Assembly (NCBI GenBank): GCA_963700145.1
Contig: OY969474.1
Span: 3,840,001-3,904,000, forward strand
Direction: 5' to 3'
Source: an uncultured Acidobacteriota bacterium
GTDB taxonomy: Bacteria > Acidobacteriota > Thermoanaerobaculia > Multivoradales > UBA5704
Length of the DNA: 64,000 nucleotides
The position numbers and the translations under genes were made by a program. Shown piece after piece: positions 22,523 to 30,749 of this stretch (position 1 is its first letter; each line of letters starts with the position of its first letter). Under the pieces are notes generated by a model. It ran no database searches, had not been told where the DNA came from, and saw nothing but the letters and a program-made list of their open reading frames with translations.

Positions 22523-23440
22523 GTGCGCGTCGCCTACTTCGTCCAGAGCCACGGCCTTGTGGCCCAGGTCGTACGGCTGCTCGCCGCCCTCCGGCGCGGC
22601 GACCCGGACGCCGCCCTGGTGGTCGGGCATTGCCCGACCGCGGAGCCGCTCCCGCGGCGCGATCTCGAGCGCTTGGGAGCGTTGAGCTTCCGGCACCGCC
22701 GCAGGGCCGAGCGGGGCTCGTGGTCGCTTCTCGAGCCCTACTTCGACGCCGTCGAGCTCCTGCGCCGCGAAGGCGTTGGCTACGACTGGCTCGTCTATCT
22801 GTCGGGGCAGGACTACCCCGTGCGACCCTTGGCGACCTGCGCAGCGGAGCTCGCGGCCAGCGACTACGACGGCTATCTGACGTGGCGGGCGGCGGAGGCC
22901 GCGAGCCCGGACGGCAGGCGCCACCGGGGGCGGCTGCGCTACCACTATCAGTATCGCGAGCTGCCCGGCCGGGAGCGCTTGCTGCGCGAGCTGCAACCGC
23001 TCAACCATCTGCAGCGGATCTTCCACGTCCACCTCACCTATGGGCCGCGGCTGGGGCTGCGGGCCCGCGGCTCCCCGTTCCGCTCCGGCTTCAGGGCCTA
23101 CTTCGGCTCGCAGTGGACCACCCTCCGCCGCGCCTGCGCCGAGCGCGTGGCGGAGGCCGGTTCGACCGGCAAGCTCGCGGCCTGGTTCCAGCGCACCATC
23201 TGCCCCGATGAAGCGTTCGCCCAGACCGTGCTGATCAACGACGGCCGCTTCCGGCTCTGCAACGACAACCTGCGCTTCGTCGACTTCGGCGTCTCACGCG
23301 ACGGCCGGCCACGCATCCTCCGCCTGAGCGACGCGCCGGCACTGTTCGCCGGCGGCTACCACTTCGCGCGCAAGTTCGACCTGGCGGTCGACCGCGAGGT
23401 CCTCGACCGTATCGACCGCGAGCTGCTGGGCGTCGGATAG
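22523..23440 (+). CDS. Core-2/I-branching beta-1,6-GlcNAc transferase family (GT14)
   Basis: AYFVQSH, YLSGQDYP, GSQWTTL, PDEAFAQT, FARKFD. Confidence 0.88.
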   Translation: MRVAYFVQSHGLVAQVVRLLAALRRGDPDAALVVGHCPTAEPLPRRDLERLGALSFRHRRRAERGSWSLLEPYFDAVELLRREGVGYDWLVYLSGQDYPVRPLATCAAELAASDYDGYLTWRAAEAASPDGRRHRGRLRYHYQYRELPGRERLLRELQPLNHLQRIFHVHLTYGPRLGLRARGSPFRSGFRAYFGSQWTTLRRACAERVAEAGSTGKLAAWFQRTICPDEAFAQTVLINDGRFRLCNDNLRFVDFGVSRDGRPRILRLSDAPALFAGGYHFARKFDLAVDREVLDRIDRELLGVG

Positions 23441-23460
23441 CATCCCGGCGAGCCGCCGCC

Positions 23461-26400
23461 ATGCTCGAGCCGCACCCCCCTCCGGCCGGAGAGTCTCCGC
23501 CGGTCAAGCCGCCCCGCATCCGCCGGCGCCGGCGGCTCGTCCTCCTCATCCTGTCTCTGGTCATCGGCTTGCCGCTCCTCGCGGTCCTGGCGACCGTCGC
23601 CGGACTCCGCTCGGCCGCGGTCCGCCGCGCCCTCCTCGCCCGGGTCTCGACCTACCTCGACCGCGAGCTGGGGCTGGCCTTCGCCGCCGCCGACTTCGAC
23701 TTCCGTCTCGACGGCGTCGAGCTCGAAGACGTGCGGCTCGGCGCGCCGGGGGCGGCGCCGCTCCTCACCGCCGAGCGGATCGTCGCCGGGGTCGACTACG
23801 GCACCCTGCGCAGCGCGGTCCTGGTCATCCGGCGGTTGGAGGTGGTGGCGCCGCGCCTCGACCTCGCCGCACCGTTCCCCGAGCTGCCGGCGGCGGAGCC
23901 CGCGGCGCCTCCGGGGTTCGAGATCCGACGCCTCGTGCTGCGGCGCGGTGCGATCGCCGGAGCGCCGCCGAGCGGGAAGGCGGCCGAGTGGGTACGGAGC
24001 TGGCAGGTCGGCGCGATCTCGGGACGCGGCTCCTTCGTCGCCGGCACGTGGACGCTGGCGCTCGACGGCGCGCGCGGGCGGCTCGAGCGGCCGGGGTTCG
24101 AGCCGCTCGATCTGGACCTCGCGGGGCGGGCGCGCTACCGCGACGGCCGGCCGCTCGAGATCGCCGCGCTGCGCGCAACCGGCGACGGGCTCCGGCTGAG
24201 CGGGTCCGGCACGGTGGGGTTGGGTCCCGGGCAGCCGACCGCCGTGGAACTCCAGGTGGAGGCCGAGCCGCGGCTCTTCGCCGCCGGCGCGCCGCCCGGG
24301 GGAGTCGTCCGCGCCGAGGGGACGCTTCGGCTTCCCGAGTCCACTGGCCGGCTCGCCCTCTCGGCGGGCGCGTTCCCGGCCGAGGCGTTGCGACCCTACC
24401 TGGATCGCGAGCTGTTCGCCGGCGTGGAGCTCGCGGGAACGGTGGCCGACGCCCGCGCCACGCTGGTCGTGGGACCTGGGTCCTTGGCGCGCATCGCGGG
24501 CGCAGCGACCGCCACCTGGCGGCGGGGGAGCCGGCGGCTGGCGCGCGCCGCGGGCAGCGTCGAGCCTGGCCCGGAGGGCGCCGTCCGCCTGGTCGCGGAA
24601 GTCGACCTCTTGCCCGACTCCGCTGGCCGCCGGTACGTTCACGGCACGGTCGCGGCGGCGAGCTTGGCCGGCCTCGGGGAAGGCACGGCGGAGCGGATCG
24701 CGGCCGAGCTCCGCGCTCCCGACGCGCGGACGGCCTGGGAGGAGCTGCGCTCCCTCTGGCCCCGCTTCGTCCCCGCGATCCCCGCCGGCGCGCCGGTGCA
24801 GGGCGCGATTGCGGCGGACGTGACGCTCGCCGGCCCGCTCGCCTCGCCGCGCGCGGAGCTCGCGGCGTCGTGGACGCCGGCCGCCGGGTCGCGGGTCCGG
24901 ATCGAGGCCGAAGGGTTTCCCCGCAGCGGCTCCGGCTCGGCCGCGGTCGACTTCGAGGCCCTGCCGGTGGCGCTGCTCGGTCCTCTCGCCGGCACACCCG
25001 AAGGCTGGGCCGGCACGCTCTCGGGACGACTCGACCTCTCCGGCTCGCGCGCCGGTCTTCACGCCCGCCTGGACGCCACCGGGAACGAGCTTGCCGCACC
25101 CGCCGCCGCCGGCACGACCGCCACCGCCGAACGGCTCCACGTCGTGCTCGACGGGGACGTGGGGCTCGAGCCGCTGTCGTGGGCCGGCACCTACACGCTC
25201 GACCTCTCCGGCCTCGACGCTCCCGGGACGGTCCGCGCCGCGGCCGTGCGCGTCGAGGGAGACGGCCGCTTCGCCGGCGCGCTCGCCGGCCTCGCCGGGA
25301 CGGCGCGCCTCGCCGGGTCCACGATCGAGATCGCCGCCGCCGGCACCGCCCTCGACGCGCTGGCGCTGGACGCCTCGGTCGGCGGCAGCGAGCTGCGCCT
25401 CGCGTCGTTCTCCGCCGCCGCCGGCGAGCGGACGCTCGCGGGCTCCGGCCGCTTCCTCCTCGAGCCGCTCCTCGCCGAGGCCGACCTCGACCTGCGGCTC
25501 GGGGGGGTGCACGCGGCGTTGCGCGAGGCCGCGCTGACCGCGGCGCTGCGCGGCGGCACCCTGTCGATCTCGGCGCCGCGGATCGACAGCGCCGCCGGCC
25601 TGGCGAGCCTGGAGGCGACGGTGCCGCTCGGGGCCCTGCGCGCGATCCCGCAGCTCGCCGCGGCGCTCGACGCGCTCCCCTTCGCCCCCGCCGCCGGTCC
25701 GGTGTCGCTCCGCCTCCGCGCCCCCGCGCTCGACTCGGCGCCGCTCCTCGCCGCCCTCGCTCTCGCGCCGCGGCCGGAGCGGCTGCGCGCCGGCCTCGCC
25801 GCCGACCTCACCTTCGATCCCGCCTCACCCGCGGCCGGCCGCGGCGAGGTCCGCCTCGAAGGGCTCACGGTCGAGACTCCCGACGCGCGCGCGGCGGCCG
25901 AGGACCCGGCCGTCGCGCGGCTCGGCGGCGGGCGGCTGGAGCTCCTGCCGGTGCGCGTCCGGTTCGCCGGCGGCGCGGTCGCGGGCGCGGGCGCCGGCGT
26001 CGAGCTGAGCGGCCATGCCGACCTCGATCCCGCCTGGCGGCCGCAGCACGATCCGCCCGCGGCCCTGTTCTCCCGCCTCGCGCTCGACGCCGCCGGCACC
26101 CTCGACGCGGCCGTCCTCAACCCCTACCTCGCGGGGGGTGCCGGCGCCGGCGCTCTCTCCCTGACCGCCGCGGTCTCCGGCCCGCCCGACGCGCTCGCGG
26201 CGGAGGTGCGGGCCGCGGGCCCCGAGGCGTCCTTCTTCTGGGCGGCGCCCTACGCCACCCGCCTCCAGGCTCCCGAGGCGGTTCTCGCGCTGCGCGGCGG
26301 CCGCTGGCGCCTCGAGCGCGGCAGCGCGCTCTGGAACGGCGGCGCGCTCGCGGCCTCCGGCGGCAGTCGGCCGGAGGGCGGGGCGGCGCTCGCCTTCGAC

Positions 26401-29400
26401 CTCTCCGGCGTCCGCTACCGCCTCGACTACGGGCTCTCGGCGCTGCTGAGCGGCCGGCTCGTCCTCGACCTGCCGGCCGCCGGGCGCTCGCGCCTCTCCG
26501 GGCGGCTGACCCTCGACCGCGGCCTGCTCGACCGCAACGTCAACCTCGACCGCGAGGTGCGTGCCCTCCTCTTCGCTGCCGAGGACCTCCCCGGCACCGA
26601 GGAGAGTGCGCTCGCGGCGATCGACCTCGACCTGGCGGTGGACACCGTCGACGGCGTCCGCGTGCGCAACAACGTCGCCGACCTGCGCGCCTGGTGGCAG
26701 TCGCTGGAGGTCACCGGCACCCCCGAGCTGCCGGTCGTCGAGGGGCGGATCGAGCTCGACCCGGGCGGCCTCCTCTTCGCCTACGGGCAGACCGTGCGGA
26801 TCGACAGCGGCGCGCTGGTCTTCACCGGCGACCCGCTCATCGACCCGCTGGTCGAGCTCACCACGACCAGCTCGCTCCAAGACCCGACGATCGCGCGCCT
26901 GCGCGGCGACGAGAGCCCGCTCGACCTCCTCGACCCGTCCGGGGCGGAGCCGGCGAGTGCCGGCGCCCGGGACGCGCTCGCCGCCGGCTTGGCCGGCTAC
27001 TACGGCACGCGCGCCCTCTCCCGGCTCGGCGAGTCGGTCGGCCTCCAGCGCATCGCCCTCCGCCCCGTCCTGGTCTTCCAGGAGACGGACCCGAGCGCCC
27101 GGCTCGACCTCGGCCACGACCTCTCGCCGCACGCCGCCTTCGCCCTCTCGATCGACCTGCGGAACGCCGAACGCCGCACCTATCTGCTCGACCTCCACGG
27201 CTTCCGCGAGCTGCCGGGCCTGGCGCTGCAGGGCTTCGTCAACGACGAGGGGCGCGAAGGGGCGAGCCTGCAGCAGGTCCTGGAGCTGGGCGGCGGGCGC
27301 CCGCCGGCGGAGGCGGGGCCGCGCCTGCGCCGCCTGCGCCTGGAGGCGCCCGGCGGCGCGCTCCGCCGCCGGGCCCTCCGCCGCGCCGTGCCGCTGGAGC
27401 GCGGCGCGCCGGTGCCGGAGAGCGCCCCCTTCGACGTCGAGGTCGTCCTCGCCGACACCCTCCGCCGCCGGGGTCACCCCGATCCGCGGATCGCTGTCGC
27501 GGTCGTTCCCGTCGAAGGGCGCCCGGGGCGGGTGGACGTCGAGGTCCGCGTCGAGCCCGGTCCGCGGGCGGAGCTCGTCTTCGCCGGCGACCGGCCGCCC
27601 GCGGCCGTCCGCCGCGAGATCGCCGCCCTCTATCGCACCGACTTCTACGAGCCGGCGTCGATCGAGGAGATGAAGGAGGAGGCGGTCCGCGCCTTGCGCG
27701 GCCGCGGCCACCTCGACCCGCGGGTCGAGGTCGAGGTGGAGGCGCGGCCGGACGGCGCGCGCACCGTCACCGTGCGCTCGGAGGCGGGGCCGCGGGTGGA
27801 GCTGCGTGAGCTGGCGATCGCCGGGCTCGACGCCGAGGCGGCGGCCGTCGCCGCCTGGCGCTTCGCCGGCACCCTCGCCCGCGCCGAGCTGGCCGCGGGG
27901 CTGCCGGGCGCCGACCGCCGCCTCATCGAGACGCTCCGCGCCCTCGGCTATCCGGAGGCGAAGATCCTCGGCCGGACGCTCGAGGAGGACGGCAAGCGGC
28001 TCTCCGTCCAGGTCGAGCCCGGCGAGCGACAGGTCGTCGAAAGGGTCGCGCTCTCGGGGGTCGGGGAGGAGGAGCGGCGGCGGCTCGCGGCGCTTCTGCC
28101 CGTCGCCCCGGGTGACCCGGTGCGGCTCGACCGCATCGCCGAGGGGGCGCTCCTCCTCGAGCGCGCGCTCGCCGCCGAGGGGCACCCCGATGCCGTGATC
28201 CGGCCGTCGGTGCTGCCGGGCGCGGCCGCGTCCCTCCGTCCGCTCGCGATGGAGGTCCATTACGCGGTCGCGCCGGGGCCGCGGCTCGAGCTGGCCGGCG
28301 TCGAGTTCCAAGGCGAGCGCTGGACGCGGCCGGCGCGACTCCAGCGGATCGCCGGGCTCGAAACGGGGGGTCCGTTCACCGCCGGCGCCGTCGAGGAGGC
28401 GCGGGCCCGCCTCTTCCGTAGCGGCAGCTTCGCGCGCGTCACCGCCGAGGTGGACCGCCCGGGAGACGGCGCGGCGCGCGTCCGCTTCTCCCTCGCCGAG
28501 CGGCCGCGCTTCCACCTCGGCTACGGCGTGCGCTGGGAGAGCACCGTCGGTCCAGCCGCCGTGGTCGATCTCGTGGACGCCAACTTCCTGGGCCGCGGCC
28601 TGACCCTCGGCCTGCGCGGCCTCTACGAGACCGACGACCGGAGCGGCCGCCTCTTCCTACGCACCGGCGCCTTCTCCCGCGCCGGGCTGTCGCTCGAGGC
28701 GTACGCCCAGGGGCGCCGCCGGCTGCCCGAGGAGAACCTCGTCGAGGACAGCCTGGAGACGGCGCTCCAGCTCGCCCGCCCCCTCGGCGCGCGGACCACC
28801 GCGCGGCTCTACGCCCGCTACCGCACGACGCGTCTCTTCGAAGAGGAGCCCGATCCCTTCTTCCCGCTCGAGATCGAGATCACCCATCCCTACCTCGGCA
28901 CGCAGCTCCTCTACGACGCCCTCGACGACCCGCTCGACCCGGCGGACGGCCTCTTCGCGAGCTTCGATCTCTCCGGCAGCGGGCCCCTCGTCAGCAGCGA
29001 TTTCGAGTACGCCAGGATGTTCGGGCAGCTGCAGCTCTATCGCGCCGCCGCGGCGGGCGGGCGGCGCTTGGTCTGGGCGCAGTCGCTGCGGCTGGGATGG
29101 GCGCAGGCCTTCGGCGGCCAGGAGCTCCTCCGTTTCGAGCGCTTCTTCGCCGGCGGCGAGCACTCGGTGCGCGGCTACCCGACGGAGGGCTTGGGGCCGC
29201 GGGAAGTGCTGGGGGACCTCACGCGGCCGCTCGGCGGCGAGGCGCTGCTCGTCCTCAACGAGGAGCTGCGGATGCGGCTGCCTTGGGACCTGACCGGCCT
29301 CGTCTTCCTCGACGCCGGCCAAGTATGGACGGACGCCGCCGACTTCGGCTCGGACCTGGCCACCGCCCTCGGGCTCGGGCTGCGCGCGCAGACCCCGATC

Positions 29401-29493
29401 GGCCTCCTCCGCCTCGACGCCGCCTTCCCCCTCGACCGCCGCCCGGGCGACGAGAGCTGGCGCCTCTACGTCGGCTTCGGCAACGCGTTCTGA
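23461..29493 (+). CDS. TamB (AsmA-like/DUF490) fused to POTRA domains and an Omp85 (TamA/BamA) barrel
   Basis: N-terminal TM anchor; long beta-taco-like region (VRVRNNVADL, GALVFTGDPLIDP); POTRA-like repeats; ERFFAGGEHSVRGY; GLGLRAQTPIGLLRLD; terminal GFGNAF. Confidence 0.85.
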   Translation: MLEPHPPPAGESPPVKPPRIRRRRRLVLLILSLVIGLPLLAVLATVAGLRSAAVRRALLARVSTYLDRELGLAFAAADFDFRLDGVELEDVRLGAPGAAPLLTAERIVAGVDYGTLRSAVLVIRRLEVVAPRLDLAAPFPELPAAEPAAPPGFEIRRLVLRRGAIAGAPPSGKAAEWVRSWQVGAISGRGSFVAGTWTLALDGARGRLERPGFEPLDLDLAGRARYRDGRPLEIAALRATGDGLRLSGSGTVGLGPGQPTAVELQVEAEPRLFAAGAPPGGVVRAEGTLRLPESTGRLALSAGAFPAEALRPYLDRELFAGVELAGTVADARATLVVGPGSLARIAGAATATWRRGSRRLARAAGSVEPGPEGAVRLVAEVDLLPDSAGRRYVHGTVAAASLAGLGEGTAERIAAELRAPDARTAWEELRSLWPRFVPAIPAGAPVQGAIAADVTLAGPLASPRAELAASWTPAAGSRVRIEAEGFPRSGSGSAAVDFEALPVALLGPLAGTPEGWAGTLSGRLDLSGSRAGLHARLDATGNELAAPAAAGTTATAERLHVVLDGDVGLEPLSWAGTYTLDLSGLDAPGTVRAAAVRVEGDGRFAGALAGLAGTARLAGSTIEIAAAGTALDALALDASVGGSELRLASFSAAAGERTLAGSGRFLLEPLLAEADLDLRLGGVHAALREAALTAALRGGTLSISAPRIDSAAGLASLEATVPLGALRAIPQLAAALDALPFAPAAGPVSLRLRAPALDSAPLLAALALAPRPERLRAGLAADLTFDPASPAAGRGEVRLEGLTVETPDARAAAEDPAVARLGGGRLELLPVRVRFAGGAVAGAGAGVELSGHADLDPAWRPQHDPPAALFSRLALDAAGTLDAAVLNPYLAGGAGAGALSLTAAVSGPPDALAAEVRAAGPEASFFWAAPYATRLQAPEAVLALRGGRWRLERGSALWNGGALAASGGSRPEGGAALAFDLSGVRYRLDYGLSALLSGRLVLDLPAAGRSRLSGRLTLDRGLLDRNVNLDREVRALLFAAEDLPGTEESALAAIDLDLAVDTVDGVRVRNNVADLRAWWQSLEVTGTPELPVVEGRIELDPGGLLFAYGQTVRIDSGALVFTGDPLIDPLVELTTTSSLQDPTIARLRGDESPLDLLDPSGAEPASAGARDALAAGLAGYYGTRALSRLGESVGLQRIALRPVLVFQETDPSARLDLGHDLSPHAAFALSIDLRNAERRTYLLDLHGFRELPGLALQGFVNDEGREGASLQQVLELGGGRPPAEAGPRLRRLRLEAPGGALRRRALRRAVPLERGAPVPESAPFDVEVVLADTLRRRGHPDPRIAVAVVPVEGRPGRVDVEVRVEPGPRAELVFAGDRPPAAVRREIAALYRTDFYEPASIEEMKEEAVRALRGRGHLDPRVEVEVEARPDGARTVTVRSEAGPRVELRELAIAGLDAEAAAVAAWRFAGTLARAELAAGLPGADRRLIETLRALGYPEAKILGRTLEEDGKRLSVQVEPGERQVVERVALSGVGEEERRRLAALLPVAPGDPVRLDRIAEGALLLERALAAEGHPDAVIRPSVLPGAAASLRPLAMEVHYAVAPGPRLELAGVEFQGERWTRPARLQRIAGLETGGPFTAGAVEEARARLFRSGSFARVTAEVDRPGDGAARVRFSLAERPRFHLGYGVRWESTVGPAAVVDLVDANFLGRGLTLGLRGLYETDDRSGRLFLRTGAFSRAGLSLEAYAQGRRRLPEENLVEDSLETALQLARPLGARTTARLYARYRTTRLFEEEPDPFFPLEIEITHPYLGTQLLYDALDDPLDPADGLFASFDLSGSGPLVSSDFEYARMFGQLQLYRAAAAGGRRLVWAQSLRLGWAQAFGGQELLRFERFFAGGEHSVRGYPTEGLGPREVLGDLTRPLGGEALLVLNEELRMRLPWDLTGLVFLDAGQVWTDAADFGSDLATALGLGLRAQTPIGLLRLDAAFPLDRRPGDESWRLYVGFGNAF

Positions 29494-29593
29494 ACCGCAG
29501 GAATCATCGCAACGGATCGACTCCAGCTCGAAGTCTCTCCGATACAATCTGAGGCATGGCTGAAGTCACTCGCCGGCGCACAGGCATGGTGGC

Positions 29594-29842
29594 ATGAGCA
29601 CCTTGATTGACAAGCCCCTGAGCGCCCGTCACCGGGACGGCAAGATCCACATCACGATGGAGAGCGGCCTCGAAGTCGCTTTCCCCGTGAAGGGCAACCC
29701 GCGCCTGGAAGGCAGGTCCCCTGCCGAGCTCGACCAGATCGAGCTCTCTCCGTTCGGCCTGCACTGGCCCGAGCTAGACGAGGATCTCTCGATCCGCGGG
29801 ATCCTCTCCGGGAACTACGGCCAACGCCGGCAGGCGGCCTAA
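29594..29842 (+). CDS. DUF2442 domain protein (antitoxin-like)
   Basis: PRL...IELSPFGLHWPELDEDLSIRGIL. Confidence 0.85.
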   Translation: MSTLIDKPLSARHRDGKIHITMESGLEVAFPVKGNPRLEGRSPAELDQIELSPFGLHWPELDEDLSIRGILSGNYGQRRQAA

Positions 29843-29857
29843 AAGCCGCCCGTACCC

Positions 29858-30715
29858 CTACCGCTTCGCCGCCCTGAGGACGGCTTTGGCGCGCTCGGCT
29901 TCGGGGGCGTTGGGGGCGAGGGCGATGAAGCGCTCGAGGTCGTTGATCAGCAGGTCCTTGCGCCCCAGCTTCTCGGCGGCGAGGCCGCGGTAGTAGTAGG
30001 CGTAGGCGAGCCCCGAGTCCATGGCGATGGCCCGGTCGAGCTGCTCGACCGCCGCCCCCCACTGCTCCTGGAAGGCGCGGGTGACGCCGATCTGGAAAGG
30101 CACCAGCGCGTTGCCGCCGTCGGCGCCGCGGGCCCGCTCGAAGGCCGCGACCGCCTGGTCGAACTGCCGCAGCCGCTGCTGGGCGAGCCCGAGGTAGTAG
30201 TCCTTCTCGCGCCCGCCGCCGCCGGCCTGCGCCAGCTCGGCGGCGCGGCGGAAGGCGGCGTCGGCTTGGCCGCTGTTGCGCTGCCGCAGGTAGACCTCGC
30301 CCAGAAACACGTGGGGCGCCGGATCGGCCGGCGCGAGCTGCGCCGCCCTCTGCAGCCGCGCGGCGGCGTCGCCGTAGCGCTGCTCCTGCTCGAGCACCCG
30401 CCCGAGCGCCACCGCCACGTGCGCGTTCTGCTCGGCCTGGCCGGCGACCCCGTCGATGGCGGCCCGCGCCTCCGCCGTCCTGTGCTCGCGGAGCTTGCGG
30501 TCGACCGTGCCGACGGCGGGCGGCGGCGGCTCGGCAGGTGCGGGGGCCGGGGCGGCGGCCGGCTGCTGCGGCTGCCCTTTGGGCGGCGGCGGCGGCTTCT
30601 TCCCCTTGCCCTTGCCGCCCTGCGCCGCGGCGGACGCGGGCAGGAGCAGGAGCGCGCAAAGGACGGCGAGCGAGAGAGACAGGTGGCGCGGGAGACGCGA
30701 GGTGGTACGACGCAT
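29858..30715 (-). CDS. Secreted tetratricopeptide repeat protein
   Basis: Signal peptide, Pro-rich linker, several TPR-like helices (AYAYYYRGLA, FIALAPNAPEA). Confidence 0.85.
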   Translation of the reverse strand: MRRTTSRLPRHLSLSLAVLCALLLLPASAAAQGGKGKGKKPPPPPKGQPQQPAAAPAPAPAEPPPPAVGTVDRKLREHRTAEARAAIDGVAGQAEQNAHVAVALGRVLEQEQRYGDAAARLQRAAQLAPADPAPHVFLGEVYLRQRNSGQADAAFRRAAELAQAGGGGREKDYYLGLAQQRLRQFDQAVAAFERARGADGGNALVPFQIGVTRAFQEQWGAAVEQLDRAIAMDSGLAYAYYYRGLAAEKLGRKDLLINDLERFIALAPNAPEAERAKAVLRAAKR

Positions 30716-30749
30716 TGGTGTTCTCCGAGGTTGGATCAGTATACGGCGG

